Source of the DNA: a virus
Taxonomy: Duplodnaviria; Heunggongvirae; Uroviricota; Caudoviricetes
Direction: 5' to 3' (one strand)
Length of the DNA stretch: 64,000 nucleotides
IMG/VR virus record: IMGVR_UViG_3300045996_004585
Span: 1,334 to 65,333 of that record
Shown: positions 1 to 9,380 of the stretch, piece after piece
Layout: every line of letters begins with the position of its first letter
How positions within the stretch are numbered: position 1 is the stretch's first letter
The notes under the pieces: model-generated
What the model was told of the DNA's origin: nothing
What the model saw: the letters and a program-made list of their open reading frames with translations, nothing else
Database searches by the model: none
Translations under genes and position numbers: made by a program

Positions 1-1
1 A

Positions 2-427
2 TTGTTTGACCCTGTTTCTCGTATCATGTACCGCTTTAACATCCGCCAGTACCTTCAGTGGTATGGGACAGAGGGCCACCGCTTAGTTTTCGGTGATGAC
101 TTCTGGGTGGATATGGCGCTCCCGAAGGACGTGAGCCATGAGGATCGACTGCTAGTTATCACTGATATGAGGTTCCCAAACGAAGCTCAGCGTGTACTCG
201 ACCTGGGTGGGTTCACCGTCAAGGTGGAGCGCGAGACAGCCACTGCTCACGCAGACCATCCTAGCGAACAGAGCATCGATCACATGATTGATTACTTCCT
301 GGACAACACCGGCACGATGACAGACTTGCGAGCGAACGTAGGTCAGATGCTCTTGGAGCTTTCTGAGCAGTCTAACGTACTTATAGAGAGGGTGACGAAT
401 CTTGCTGATCCAAGTAGACGTAGATAG
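2..427 (+). CDS. dNMP-kinase-like protein (5' end may lie outside the window)
   Basis: ORF abuts the window edge. Motif ITDMRFPNEA resembles phage deoxynucleoside monophosphate kinases. Assignment is weak. Confidence 0.35.
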   Translation: MFDPVSRIMYRFNIRQYLQWYGTEGHRLVFGDDFWVDMALPKDVSHEDRLLVITDMRFPNEAQRVLDLGGFTVKVERETATAHADHPSEQSIDHMIDYFLDNTGTMTDLRANVGQMLLELSEQSNVLIERVTNLADPSRRR

Positions 428-1112
428 CACACTGTACGATGCCGACAAGCTGTTTGGTGACCTTGCTGAAGAGGCAGGCATCAAGTGGCCGCGTCGCTCT
501 AACTCATGGAGCCAGCCAGACGGCATCCGCAAGATCGACGGCACTGTGTGTGGACGCGAAGACCTAACCAGGGTCTTCCGCAAGGCGCACAGCAAGGAAA
601 TCATCATGCAACAGAAGCCGTACCCGCGTGCAGCAGAGACGTTGGGGCGCATCGCTGAGATGTACGACAATGCAGAGATTGCTTACGTCTCCGACCGTCA
701 TTCATCACAGGCTGCTGCGCTGAACGAGTGGCTAGAGGCCAACGGATTCTTGCACACAGAGGATCAGCATGTTGTGGCCACGAAGGATAAGCGCCAGTGG
801 ATGCGCGAGAAGCGCCCAGACATCGTAATCGATGACCGCGTTCGTACCATGTTGATGGCTCGCTACGAGCTAGGCAGCTACGTTGTCTCGCTCATGCACA
901 ACCACAACATCAACCTGCTTGGCGAGGCAGACCACATCTACATCGTCAAGAAGTGGGCGGGCAACCAGAACCGTTTGCCTGATGAAGGTGGCAAGAGTCA
1001 AAGCTTGTGGCAAGACAAGGACTGCATCGACTACGTGTTGCATGAGATTGTCATCCCTAAGATCGAAGAGAAGGGCTTGGGTAGAAACTCCCGGCCCTAT
1101 GAACTAGTATAG
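402..1112 (+). CDS. HAD-superfamily 5'(3')-deoxyribonucleotidase-like protein
   Basis: N-terminal VDVDSTLYD (DxDxT HAD motif I), later IVIDDR; 236 aa; sits in a nucleotide-metabolism neighbourhood. Confidence 0.5.
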   Translation: MLIQVDVDSTLYDADKLFGDLAEEAGIKWPRRSNSWSQPDGIRKIDGTVCGREDLTRVFRKAHSKEIIMQQKPYPRAAETLGRIAEMYDNAEIAYVSDRHSSQAAALNEWLEANGFLHTEDQHVVATKDKRQWMREKRPDIVIDDRVRTMLMARYELGSYVVSLMHNHNINLLGEADHIYIVKKWAGNQNRLPDEGGKSQSLWQDKDCIDYVLHEIVIPKIEEKGLGRNSRPYELV

Positions 1113-1121
1113 GAGTGAGTT

Positions 1122-1394
1122 ATGGAAGAGAAGAAGCTAGAAGAGGCCGTGGAGATTGAGGAAGATGGCCTGCCTCGCGTCATGGTCAAGCCCCATCAGT
1201 TGGGTGGCATTGGCGTTGTTGTTCGTGGTGCTGATGGCACTGTTGCCGAGGGCCGCATCAATGTCAATGAGGCCGCGCTGATTGCTGCGCACCTACAGGC
1301 ACTGATCACGATGGCGTTTGGCACAGCCTACAATGCAGCGGCAGCAGAGGAAGAGGCTCTTCGTAGTTCTCGCCTCGTTGTTCCGGGTCGCTAG
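1122..1394 (+). CDS. hypothetical protein
   Basis: Non-overlapping ORF in the + strand gene series, start directly after the previous stop. Confidence 0.4.
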   Translation: MEEKKLEEAVEIEEDGLPRVMVKPHQLGGIGVVVRGADGTVAEGRINVNEAALIAAHLQALITMAFGTAYNAAAAEEEALRSSRLVVPGR

Positions 1395-1628
1395 ATGGCA
1401 CGCAAAATCCTGACGTTTCAGCACGTCTACGACTTGTACATGAGTGGCGTAATGGGCACCAAGGAGTTTCGTAACTGGCTAGCGAAGAAGGATGACGACT
1501 TCGCGTCTGTTCGTGACCCAGACGTAGACAATCAGATTGATGAGATGGCTCGTAGGCGCGAGCAGATGCTGTTCCCGCCGCCAGCCGAAGAGAGCGATTC
1601 TGATTCTGCCCTTGATTCACAGTCGTAG
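1395..1628 (+). CDS. hypothetical protein
   Basis: ORF start abuts the previous stop (TAGATG). Confidence 0.4.
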   Translation: MARKILTFQHVYDLYMSGVMGTKEFRNWLAKKDDDFASVRDPDVDNQIDEMARRREQMLFPPPAEESDSDSALDSQS

Positions 1629-1646
1629 TTCTGCTAGACTGTATCT

Positions 1647-1910
1647 ATGTCTCTAGATTTGATCCAGGCTCAACGCGAGCGCATCGACGTGCTAGTTCAA
1701 GGCATGGATGTGTACGACAAGAGTCTTTCTGACTTGGAGGATGCTCTTCGTGAGAAGGATCGTATGATCACTGGTATGCGAGAGGCTCTTCGTCGTGCTG
1801 CAAACTACAGGCATGATGATCTTCGCACACAGGTAGAGGGCATCCAGATTCTACTCGGCAAGGCTGCTGAATATGAGCCGCGTCGCCCGCAGAAGCGAGG
1901 GCGACGATGA
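1647..1910 (+). CDS. hypothetical coiled-coil protein
   Basis: Charged heptad-like sequence; the 3' end overlaps the next start (ATGA). Confidence 0.4.
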   Translation: MSLDLIQAQRERIDVLVQGMDVYDKSLSDLEDALREKDRMITGMREALRRAANYRHDDLRTQVEGIQILLGKAAEYEPRRPQKRGRR

Positions 1911-2125
1911 ACAAGTACAAGTGTTACGACTGTTTCTTGTCGATGATGGCGCTCTCCAATCCTCTTCAGTGCCCGCGCTGTGGGCTGAACCTGATGCAAC
2001 AGGTTGAAGACTTAGCGCCCACTGATGTTCCGTCAACGCTACACGAGATGAAGTCTGAGCTAGATATCGACCGCGAAGTTGATGCGGGCATGCTCAAAAT
2101 CCAGGAGTACCTTAAGGGGTGGTAG
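1907..2125 (+). CDS. small zinc-ribbon protein
   Basis: CYDC...CPRC four-cysteine motif. Confidence 0.4.
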   Translation: MNKYKCYDCFLSMMALSNPLQCPRCGLNLMQQVEDLAPTDVPSTLHEMKSELDIDREVDAGMLKIQEYLKGW

Positions 2126-2294
2126 CTATGCGCAAAAAGAAGGTTGTCATCGAGTTCAAGTACGAGGGTGGCCAGTGGGTCAAGTTCGATGAGACGCTTG
2201 TTCCTGCATGGGCTGACGAACAGGAGCGTCGAGCGCGTCTTGAGCATCCGCTAGCGGTGGTGCGTGTGCGTCCCGTAGAGAAGAGTAAGAAGTA

Positions 2295-3005
2295 GTGTTC
2301 TGGAACAGGAACCCGCGCGCCCAGCATAAGGCGGACTTCATCACGCTCTACAAGGGCGAGGACTTGCACCCAAAGATTGAGGATGCGTTCGACTGGGCTG
2401 ACGAGAATGTGTGGGAGCAGTTTCTTCCAGGGTCACATGACAGTGTGCGAGCGAAGACTATGCTGGCGGGTGGGGCACTCTTGTCTCACTTTACCAACCA
2501 GCCAGTTAGAGACTTCGACTTGTACTTCCGTAACCAGAAGGATTACGAAGCTGTAGTCTCTAACATCCCTGGCACTTTCGCGCTCGTGCCTCAGACTTCT
2601 GAGCGCTCTGTCACCTACCGGCGCACCGAGTCGATCCATGGGCAGATGTATGTGCGTGTGTTGAATTTGATCAAGGACAAGTTTCCTCAGTCGCCAGAAG
2701 ACTTGATTTCAGAATACGATTTCACTGTCACCATGTGTGCGATGACCCACGAGAGTATCGTGTACCATCCACAGTACTTCATGGACGTGGCGACTCGCGC
2801 TCTTCGCGTCTACAATCCTGAGAATGCAACAAGCACTCTCTACCGCATGCAGAAATACATCCAGCGTGGATACAGTATTGACCAAGAGAACATGCACAAA
2901 TTGTTGGAGGCCGTACAGGAGCGTGAGACGCTGCCAAATATCTACACGCCTGAGGATCAGAAGCTCGACGCCCAGGTGATGTCTAACCTTTATGGGAGTT
3001 CTTGA
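2295..3005 (+). CDS. hypothetical protein with Pol-beta-type nucleotidyltransferase-like motif
   Basis: AGGALLSHFTNQPVRDFDLYF fits hG[GS]-x(9-13)-DhD. Otherwise unassigned. Confidence 0.3.
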   Translation: MFWNRNPRAQHKADFITLYKGEDLHPKIEDAFDWADENVWEQFLPGSHDSVRAKTMLAGGALLSHFTNQPVRDFDLYFRNQKDYEAVVSNIPGTFALVPQTSERSVTYRRTESIHGQMYVRVLNLIKDKFPQSPEDLISEYDFTVTMCAMTHESIVYHPQYFMDVATRALRVYNPENATSTLYRMQKYIQRGYSIDQENMHKLLEAVQERETLPNIYTPEDQKLDAQVMSNLYGSS

Positions 3006-3286
3006 TGAGCAATGAGCAATTCGTAGAAGACTTGCGCCGAGACATCGGAGAGAAGATGGCTCGTGATGGCGAGACTCTACACGAGAATGCAAGTGAGAGT
3101 GTTAAGCAGGGTTATCGCCGTGGCGAGATTGGCTGGGGTTCCAACACAACCCCACGCCTTTTCGGAAAGGGTGGAAACGAGCGCACCGAATGGACGTGCG
3201 TTTGTGGTACACTGAATAGACGCTATCTAGTTCAGTGCAGCAAGTGTGGCATTCGTAAAGGTCTAGCACAGGAGGCAAATTCGTGA
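3002..3286 (+). CDS. small zinc-ribbon protein
   Basis: CVCG...CSKCG motif; overlaps the upstream stop. Confidence 0.4.
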   Translation: MMSNEQFVEDLRRDIGEKMARDGETLHENASESVKQGYRRGEIGWGSNTTPRLFGKGGNERTEWTCVCGTLNRRYLVQCSKCGIRKGLAQEANS

Positions 3287-3657
3287 GTGAGGTAAGCAAG
3301 ATTACGAGGTACCGCCGAACCAAGCGTGGTCTACTGACGGTGCGATACTCTGACATGGGTAGGCGCACGAGGGGCAAGACAGCGGGCGATGGCAAAAGCC
3401 AGATTTGGCTTGGCCTACCTCTGTTGCCTGTTCAGGAGTTTGTCGAGTGGGCGATGAGTGATCCTACTTATGACAAGCTCTACAACGAGTGGGTGCAGGC
3501 CGAGTATCAGCGTGGGCAGGCTCCATCGGTTCATCGTATCGACCGTGATGGTGGCTACACCATTGGCAACATCGAGTTTCGCAAGCACGTAGACAAGGCT
3601 CGTGAGTCACTGGCCAAGGGCAAGGAAACCATGAGGGCAAAGCGTGCGAATTCTTGA
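3283..3657 (+). CDS. HNH-family (HNH_3-like) endonuclease-like protein
   Basis: VHRIDRDGGYTIGNIEF resembles the H-x-I-D-x-x-x-x-N-x-x-x-N-I-E core of HNH_3 homing-endonuclease-like proteins. Confidence 0.4.
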   Translation: MSEVSKITRYRRTKRGLLTVRYSDMGRRTRGKTAGDGKSQIWLGLPLLPVQEFVEWAMSDPTYDKLYNEWVQAEYQRGQAPSVHRIDRDGGYTIGNIEFRKHVDKARESLAKGKETMRAKRANS

Positions 3658-4669
3658 TGACGTGGGTTTGTCTTTTGATGACGTGCTGCTCGTTCCCCAG
3701 AAGGGGACGCTACTAAAGCGTGAGGCAGCCGACATCTCTACACCGTTCTTTGCCAAGGGGTGGCACGATCAAACACTTCAGATTCCGATCCTCTCTGCTC
3801 CGATGTCGAGTGTTACTGAGGCAGCGATGGCTACAGCGATGCGAATGATTGGCGGGTTCGGTATCTTGCATCGTTTTTGCACACCTGAAGAGCAGGCCGC
3901 GATGTATCGTGAAGTCTACTTCTCGTGCAACAAGTTTCAGCCCGTGGCTGGTGCAGCGCTTGGTGTTAACGAGGGTTACGACCGCTGGGAGAAGCTGTAC
4001 GAAGCAGGTTGTCGCGTCTTCTGTCTTGACATTGCGCATGCTCATCACGACACGGTGGAGAATTTCCTAACTAACGCCCCTAAGCGTGAGGACAGCTACC
4101 TGATCGCAGGCAACGTAGCCACGTTCCATGGCTTCATGTTCTTGGCTCGTCTGGGGGTCGATGCAGTGAAGGTTGGGATCGGCCCAGGCGCTGCATGTAC
4201 GACGCGCGAAGTGACAGGTTTTGGTGTTCCCCAGCTAAGTGCCATCCTCTCTTGCGCGGCGGCACGGGATTCCTATGAGTTGCCTAATTCGACAACACCC
4301 CGTCAGAAGCGCATCCATATCATCGCTGACGGTGGTATCAGGAACAGCGGAGACATCGTTAAGGCACTGGCTGCTGGGGCTGACTCCGTGATGTTGGGTC
4401 GATTGCTCGCAGGTGCCGATGAGTCGCCACATCCTGGCTTGTATTGGGGCATGGCCAGTAAGCGTGTCAACTCTCATCGCGCACCGGAAGGTGTTGAGGG
4501 AGCCGTTCCGCGCACTGGCCCTGTCGAGGACACGATCAAGGCTTTGGCATGGGGCATTAAGAGCGGCGTTAGCTACGGTGGAGGTAGTAATTTAACTGAG
4601 TTACGCGAGAACGCAGAGTTCACGAGGGTAACTTCCCTCTCAATGAATGAGTCAGGGATACGAGTATGA
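3644..4669 (+). CDS. guaC: GMP reductase / IMPDH-family enzyme (GuaC-like, no CBS insert)
   Basis: [10 protein letters not shown]-terminus; catalytic-loop [11 protein letters not shown] (GxGxGSICTTR type); [21 protein letters not shown]; 341 aa TIM barrel without a CBS subdomain. Confidence 0.75.
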   Translation: MRILDDVGLSFDDVLLVPQKGTLLKREAADISTPFFAKGWHDQTLQIPILSAPMSSVTEAAMATAMRMIGGFGILHRFCTPEEQAAMYREVYFSCNKFQPVAGAALGVNEGYDRWEKLYEAGCRVFCLDIAHAHHDTVENFLTNAPKREDSYLIAGNVATFHGFMFLARLGVDAVKVGIGPGAACTTREVTGFGVPQLSAILSCAAARDSYELPNSTTPRQKRIHIIADGGIRNSGDIVKALAAGADSVMLGRLLAGADESPHPGLYWGMASKRVNSHRAPEGVEGAVPRTGPVEDTIKALAWGIKSGVSYGGGSNLTELRENAEFTRVTSLSMNESGIRV

Positions 4670-4878
4670 AAAATAGACTGTACCGAGCAGTGGTTTACGT
4701 TTTAACTTGGCTTGAAGAGCCGCAAGTGATGTGGCGACTGTGGAAGATGCGTTGGTTTCCTTATCGCACGGCCGAGTGGAAGGGTTACGACGAAGAGACA
4801 GGCGAAATGGTCTTAGGCCCATGGAAATGGAATCGACCCATGGTGCTGCGCAAGAAGAGGAAAGATGTTGAGGATTAG
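4666..4878 (+). CDS. hypothetical protein
   Basis: Trp-rich 70-aa ORF; ATGA overlap with guaC. Confidence 0.35.
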   Translation: MKNRLYRAVVYVLTWLEEPQVMWRLWKMRWFPYRTAEWKGYDEETGEMVLGPWKWNRPMVLRKKRKDVED

Positions 4879-5191
4879 AGCGAAGACACAGCAACGTCAC
4901 GAAGTCAGGGGGCTTGTTAACGAGTACCTTGCAGAAACTCGCAATGAATTTGACCTTATCTTGGCTCGCCTTGATGGGCTAGCCACTGACGTGCAGAAGC
5001 TACAGTCGGAAGAGGTAAAGATTGAGAGAATTGACGCGACCATTAAGCATGTTCAAGACAAGCTTGAAGCTAGGATTGCTGAATGCACAGAAGCAATCAT
5101 TGTTGTGGCAGGCAATGTTGAGCAGCATGCATCAGAGCTTGGTGAAATGCGTCATCGTCTTGAGTACATAGAGGAAAGGTTGGGTATCTAA
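4865..5191 (+). CDS. hypothetical coiled-coil protein (paralog of 6318..6659)
   Basis: C-terminus ELGEMRHRLEYIEERLGI matches SLLHRLEYLENRLGI of the 6318 ORF. Confidence 0.4.
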   Translation: MLRIRAKTQQRHEVRGLVNEYLAETRNEFDLILARLDGLATDVQKLQSEEVKIERIDATIKHVQDKLEARIAECTEAIIVVAGNVEQHASELGEMRHRLEYIEERLGI

Positions 5192-5192
5192 A

Positions 5193-5489
5193 ATGAGTGA
5201 GCCGTGGGAATCGTGGGATACCGCTAAGTGGGACGCTATGAATCCAAATCCGGTGTACAGGTCTGAACAGGAGCAGCTTAAGGAACTTGAAGCACTCATG
5301 AAGTCGCTTTCGGACGTAACTGGTGTGACTTTACCGCCCGCAAAGAAGCCCCGTGATCCGGTTGAGGTTATTGTAGAGCTTGAAGACAAATTCAAGGCAA
5401 TGACAGAACGACAAGAAGAGCTAGAGCTAGAACTGTCAGAGCTTGAAGAGCGAGTGATCAGAATGGAGCGCGAGCGTGAACAATCATAG
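5193..5489 (+). CDS. hypothetical acidic coiled-coil protein
   Basis: Start abuts the previous stop; E/L-rich C-terminus. Confidence 0.4.
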   Translation: MSEPWESWDTAKWDAMNPNPVYRSEQEQLKELEALMKSLSDVTGVTLPPAKKPRDPVEVIVELEDKFKAMTERQEELELELSELEERVIRMEREREQS

Positions 5490-6318
5490 CGGCATCGGTG
5501 ATGAGATAATTGGTTCAGAGATGGCTGAGCAGATTTCTGATGCGGTGATTGGTCGCTCTGGCTTCGCCAACGAGGCTCGTGTGCTTGACCATGGATTTGT
5601 CAGGCTTGTCGATCATATGGGCGATGACTTATCAGTCGTCAATTCTGCTCGTGTCAGCTTCGGCGCACAGTCCACCTTGGTGCGCACGTGTGGCGCATGT
5701 GGTGGTAACAAGCAAGAGTGCGGCCACAAGGGTTGGCACGACAAGGACACCTTGAAGCTGGCATCTGCTGACGCAGGGCTAATCAAGTTCTTGATGGTTA
5801 AGCGTCACGGTACACCGTTCGAACACAACAGCTTCAAGTTCCACGTCAAGGCTCCGCTGTTCGTGGTGCGTGAATGGCAGCGGCATAGGATAGCAAGCTA
5901 TAACGAGATGAGCGGACGCTACAAGGTCTTCGATAGCCTCGACTTCTATATTCCCGATGAGTACCGCACACAGTCAGGCAAGCCAGGCGACTACAAGATG
6001 GACAAGTGGCCTGGGAATGCCGACAAGATCAAGTCACTCACGCTGCGGCACTACGAGGATTGCTACGACCTGTACAAGTATCAGATCGATCAGGGCATCG
6101 CTAAGGAACTAGCAAGATGCGTTCTGCCGTTGGCTATGTACACAGAATTCTACTTCACCGTCAACGCTAGGAGCTTGATGAACTTCCTCTCGCTCCGCAA
6201 TGACGAGACGGCGCAGTACGAAATTAGAGAGTACGCTAAGGTCATCGAAGAGTTGTGGGGCAGCAAGATGCCCCACACCCACGCAGCGTTCATCGAGAAT
6301 GGAAGGGTGGCTCCCTAA
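5476..6318 (+). CDS. thyX: flavin-dependent thymidylate synthase ThyX
   Basis: ThyX signature RHRIASYNEMSGRY (RHRxxSxxxxSxR); length and upstream conserved blocks are consistent. Confidence 0.85.
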   Translation: MNNHSGIGDEIIGSEMAEQISDAVIGRSGFANEARVLDHGFVRLVDHMGDDLSVVNSARVSFGAQSTLVRTCGACGGNKQECGHKGWHDKDTLKLASADAGLIKFLMVKRHGTPFEHNSFKFHVKAPLFVVREWQRHRIASYNEMSGRYKVFDSLDFYIPDEYRTQSGKPGDYKMDKWPGNADKIKSLTLRHYEDCYDLYKYQIDQGIAKELARCVLPLAMYTEFYFTVNARSLMNFLSLRNDETAQYEIREYAKVIEELWGSKMPHTHAAFIENGRVAP

Positions 6319-6659
6319 TGGTGATTGGTATTGGGCTTGCGATTGTTCTACTACTCTTCTTGGGCGCTGTTTGGTATGATTCCTACCAGGACAAGAAAGA
6401 CCTTAAGTTTCTGCATAATTCTGTGGATAAGCCAGAGACATTGCCAAGCTATGACACACTGGACGGCCTTGTGGCGATGGTCGCCTCGTTGGATCGGTCG
6501 TTAGATCACGTAGACGTTCAATTGCAGACTTTAAGGGAGTGGGTTGCCGCTGAGGCGAAGCAGAAGAGCGAAGTAAAAGACTCGCAGCTAGCATTGGAAG
6601 AGGAAGTTAGAAGCTTGCTGCATAGGCTAGAGTACCTTGAGAATCGGCTAGGCATCTAG
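6318..6659 (+). CDS. membrane-anchored coiled-coil protein
   Basis: ATG overlapping the thyX stop (TAATG), chosen over the ORF-track start at 6255. N-terminal TM (VIGIGLAIVLLLFLGAV); C-terminal motif shared with 4865..5191. Confidence 0.45.
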   Translation: MVIGIGLAIVLLLFLGAVWYDSYQDKKDLKFLHNSVDKPETLPSYDTLDGLVAMVASLDRSLDHVDVQLQTLREWVAAEAKQKSEVKDSQLALEEEVRSLLHRLEYLENRLGI

Positions 6660-6759
6660 AAAAGTTTGGTTTTCAAACAGAAGGGGGTACCTTGCTTTCC
6701 GGCGCGGCGGCATATCTGAGGTTTTCGGACACATGTAGCGGACACTAGGAGAATGTGAT

Positions 6760-7311
6760 ATGATAGGTAGTATGAAGATTGAGTTTCGTGACTCTTCGCG
6801 TGGTGTGATCGCAGTGCCCGATGAGGCGACTATGGCCGTTATCGCTGCACGCGCGAATGCCCGCAGAACGTCTGCGCGCGATAAGAACCGCACACAGGCA
6901 TATTTCATCGAGGGCACCCAGTGGGATTCTCTGGATACGGAGATTCAGTCAATGTTGGCTGAACACGTTGTAGCGCACTATTTCGGCCAGACCGACTGGG
7001 AGCCAACTCTGCACAAGCCCGACAGACACGAGGGCGACCTTGTGATCGATACGGTGCCGATTGAGGTAAAATCCACCAATCGCGCCCGTGGCTCGCTCCC
7101 GATCAAGAAGGACGAGAAGCGAAATCGCCCATATGTGCTTGTAATTGTTGAGGGTCGCCAAGCGCGCATTGCGGGTTGGATCATGGCCCAGAATGGGCAG
7201 CAGGAGCGTTTCTGGCGCTCAGATGTTCGCTATCCGGCCTATTTCGTTCCACAGGGCGAATTGCTGCCCATTTCAGTCCTAAAGACAATTTTAGAGGATG
7301 ATGGCGCATGA
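6760..7311 (+). CDS. PD-(D/E)xK nuclease-like protein
   Basis: GDLVID ... IEVKS arrangement (D...E-x-K) typical of the restriction-endonuclease-like fold; RBS AGGAGA upstream. Confidence 0.45.
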   Translation: MIGSMKIEFRDSSRGVIAVPDEATMAVIAARANARRTSARDKNRTQAYFIEGTQWDSLDTEIQSMLAEHVVAHYFGQTDWEPTLHKPDRHEGDLVIDTVPIEVKSTNRARGSLPIKKDEKRNRPYVLVIVEGRQARIAGWIMAQNGQQERFWRSDVRYPAYFVPQGELLPISVLKTILEDDGA

Positions 7312-7775
7312 TGAGGGGTGGAACACCAGACGTGCCCTATGACGGGTTCTGTACGTGTGGGGTTGGCGATGATGTTGGAGCTATCGCGCATGCGGAAGAC
7401 TGCGTTTGCTCTGACTGGGTTTCTGGGCAACTAGAGGGCGGTTACGACGAAAATGATCCGTTGCAGAATCGGGCCATCGCTCCTGATCGGCGTTCATGTA
7501 AGGAGCGCGCATATGACGAGCTAGGGATCGCCACAGAGAGCGTGGATGCTAGGGTCTATCCGTACAAGGATACGGGCCATTACCACACAGATGGTCGTGG
7601 ACTTGTTCACCGCTGCTATCACCACTGTCGTCACCGCTGGTACATCTGGATTCCTCTTGCATTTGTTCTTCAGAGCCTGGCTGTGCCTCTTGAGCATGAC
7701 ATCGCAGAGTGGTTCTGGAATCTCGGGCCACTGCACGTAATTTCAGATTTTATGGGTTGGGGGCATGACAAGTAA
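7308..7775 (+). CDS. hypothetical Cys/His-rich protein
   Basis: ATGA overlap with the upstream gene; many Cys/His residues. Confidence 0.4.
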   Translation: MMRGGTPDVPYDGFCTCGVGDDVGAIAHAEDCVCSDWVSGQLEGGYDENDPLQNRAIAPDRRSCKERAYDELGIATESVDARVYPYKDTGHYHTDGRGLVHRCYHHCRHRWYIWIPLAFVLQSLAVPLEHDIAEWFWNLGPLHVISDFMGWGHDK

Positions 7776-8043
7776 GCCGACTAAACCATGGCCGCGAAAC
7801 ACAGTCTCTGTTGTCAACGACCTTTTTGCTGACGGCGAGCCTTTTATGGAGATGGCGTCAGAAGCGGCAAGGCAGTATTGTTTCGGCTACTATTGGGCGC
7901 TATGCGAGGCTGATGCACGCGCTGTGAAGAGCCACAGCGACCCGGACTATTGGGACTTGCGAACCACCATCAAGCCATACGGCTGGGATACTCCTGAATT
8001 CGAAATGGGGTTCTTCGATGGCAAAGCGTCCTTCGATTCGTAA
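7765..8043 (+). CDS. GY-motif small protein family member
   Basis: FGYYWAL ... EMGFFDGKASFD bipartite aromatic-GY / GY-DG motif shared with 9 other ORFs. Confidence 0.45.
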   Translation: MTSKPTKPWPRNTVSVVNDLFADGEPFMEMASEAARQYCFGYYWALCEADARAVKSHSDPDYWDLRTTIKPYGWDTPEFEMGFFDGKASFDS

Positions 8044-8178
8044 AGGTCATGAGTACTACAACGGCAAAGGTGCCAAGCCTTGCAAGATCAAGTGTGAGGA
8101 ATGTGGAGCCGAGAGGCAGCTAACAGAGCTTTTGCCCGGCCCGTGTTACAAGTGCCAGAATGAGACAGCGAGAGTAAT

Positions 8179-8439
8179 ATGAACACATCAACAGGAAGAA
8201 CCAACACTTGGAAAAACGTATGCGCAAGCTTTGGTGTTGAGCCATCGTCAATGAGTTACAAAACACCAACTTCATCTTACGCATATATTTTCGGTTACTA
8301 TTGGGGCAAAATAGGAGAGAATTTAGACGTTACGGCTGCTCATATACCAATCAGTAAAGGCAGCCCGCTTTACAATACGATTAAAGCCTATCATAAGGAT
8401 TTTCTGATGGGCTATCAAGATGCAGTTGAGGATGTATAG
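8179..8439 (+). CDS. GY-motif small protein family member
   Basis: IFGYYWGKIG ... FLMGYQDAVEDV. Confidence 0.45.
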   Translation: MNTSTGRTNTWKNVCASFGVEPSSMSYKTPTSSYAYIFGYYWGKIGENLDVTAAHIPISKGSPLYNTIKAYHKDFLMGYQDAVEDV

Positions 8440-8442
8440 ACA

Positions 8443-8991
8443 ATGGGCAGGCTAGAGGTAATTTGCGGCCCAATGTACTCGGGCAAATCGGAAGAGCTAT
8501 TGAGGCGACTTCGACGTGCTGAGATTGCTGGGCATAAGGTCGGCGTTATCAAGCCTGATATCGATAATCGCTATGATGCCTTTTCAGTTGTATCGAGGGC
8601 TGGTGTATCTAAGACAGCGATTCTCGTTAGCAGTAGCAGTGATATTAAGCTGAAAGGGCTAGGATTTGACGTTCTGGGTGTAGATGAAGCTCAATTCTTC
8701 GATCCTGATATCGTAGACGTTTTATCCCAGATGTCAACACGACAAGTAGTGATAGTTTCTGCACTGGATATGACCTATAGGCGAGAACCCTTTGGATCAG
8801 TACCGATTTTGCTGGCTATTGCGGATCGAGTAGATAAACTCACTGCCGTGTGCCATAGCTGCGGTGCTGACGCTACGCTGACACAGCGTTTGATCGACGG
8901 CAAGCCAGCGTCCTTTGGTGGCCCAACTGTTCAAGTCGGCGGTCTAGAGTCGTATGAAGCGCGATGCAGGGGATGTTTCCGTGCAGGATAA
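8443..8991 (+). CDS. tdk: thymidine kinase
   Basis: P-loop ICGPMYSGKSEELLRR, VDEAQFF Walker B, C-terminal Zn ribbon CHSCG...CRGCF; 182 aa. Confidence 0.85.
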   Translation: MGRLEVICGPMYSGKSEELLRRLRRAEIAGHKVGVIKPDIDNRYDAFSVVSRAGVSKTAILVSSSSDIKLKGLGFDVLGVDEAQFFDPDIVDVLSQMSTRQVVIVSALDMTYRREPFGSVPILLAIADRVDKLTAVCHSCGADATLTQRLIDGKPASFGGPTVQVGGLESYEARCRGCFRAG

Positions 8992-9190
8992 AGGAAAGCT
9001 TCTTGTCGATAGGCTCTACGACCTCACTCGTGGTGACAATGGGCCATCTAGCATCTTCTACCGTATTGGCTATACCGATGGCGTTAGAAAATCTCCCATG
9101 TATACTGCGCAGCAGTGGAATGATGAAAACAGCTATCATGTATACGTAATGGGTTACGAGGATGGAATGGGCGATGCTGAAGACTCATGA
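8981..9190 (+). CDS. GY-motif small protein family member
   Basis: IFYRIGYTDGVRKSPMY ... YVMGYEDGMGDAEDS. GTG start chosen to limit overlap with tdk; start uncertain. Confidence 0.45.
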   Translation: MQDKGKLLVDRLYDLTRGDNGPSSIFYRIGYTDGVRKSPMYTAQQWNDENSYHVYVMGYEDGMGDAEDS

Positions 9191-9380
9191 ACTGCTCAAT
9201 AAGTTGTACTCTGTTTCGTCGGCAGATTTTGGCTCAGACACGGTGTACTATCGCCTTGGCTATATGGATGGTGTCAGGAAGAATCCCAAATTTAACGCTC
9301 TAGGCGCTTGCAAAAATGACTTCATGGAAGAGATGTACACAATGGGATATGAGGATGGAAAAGCAGACATCGAAGTATAG
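9162..9380 (+). CDS. GY-motif small protein family member
   Basis: VYYRLGYMDGVRKNPKF ... YTMGYEDGKADIEV. Confidence 0.5.
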   Translation: MEWAMLKTHELLNKLYSVSSADFGSDTVYYRLGYMDGVRKNPKFNALGACKNDFMEEMYTMGYEDGKADIEV

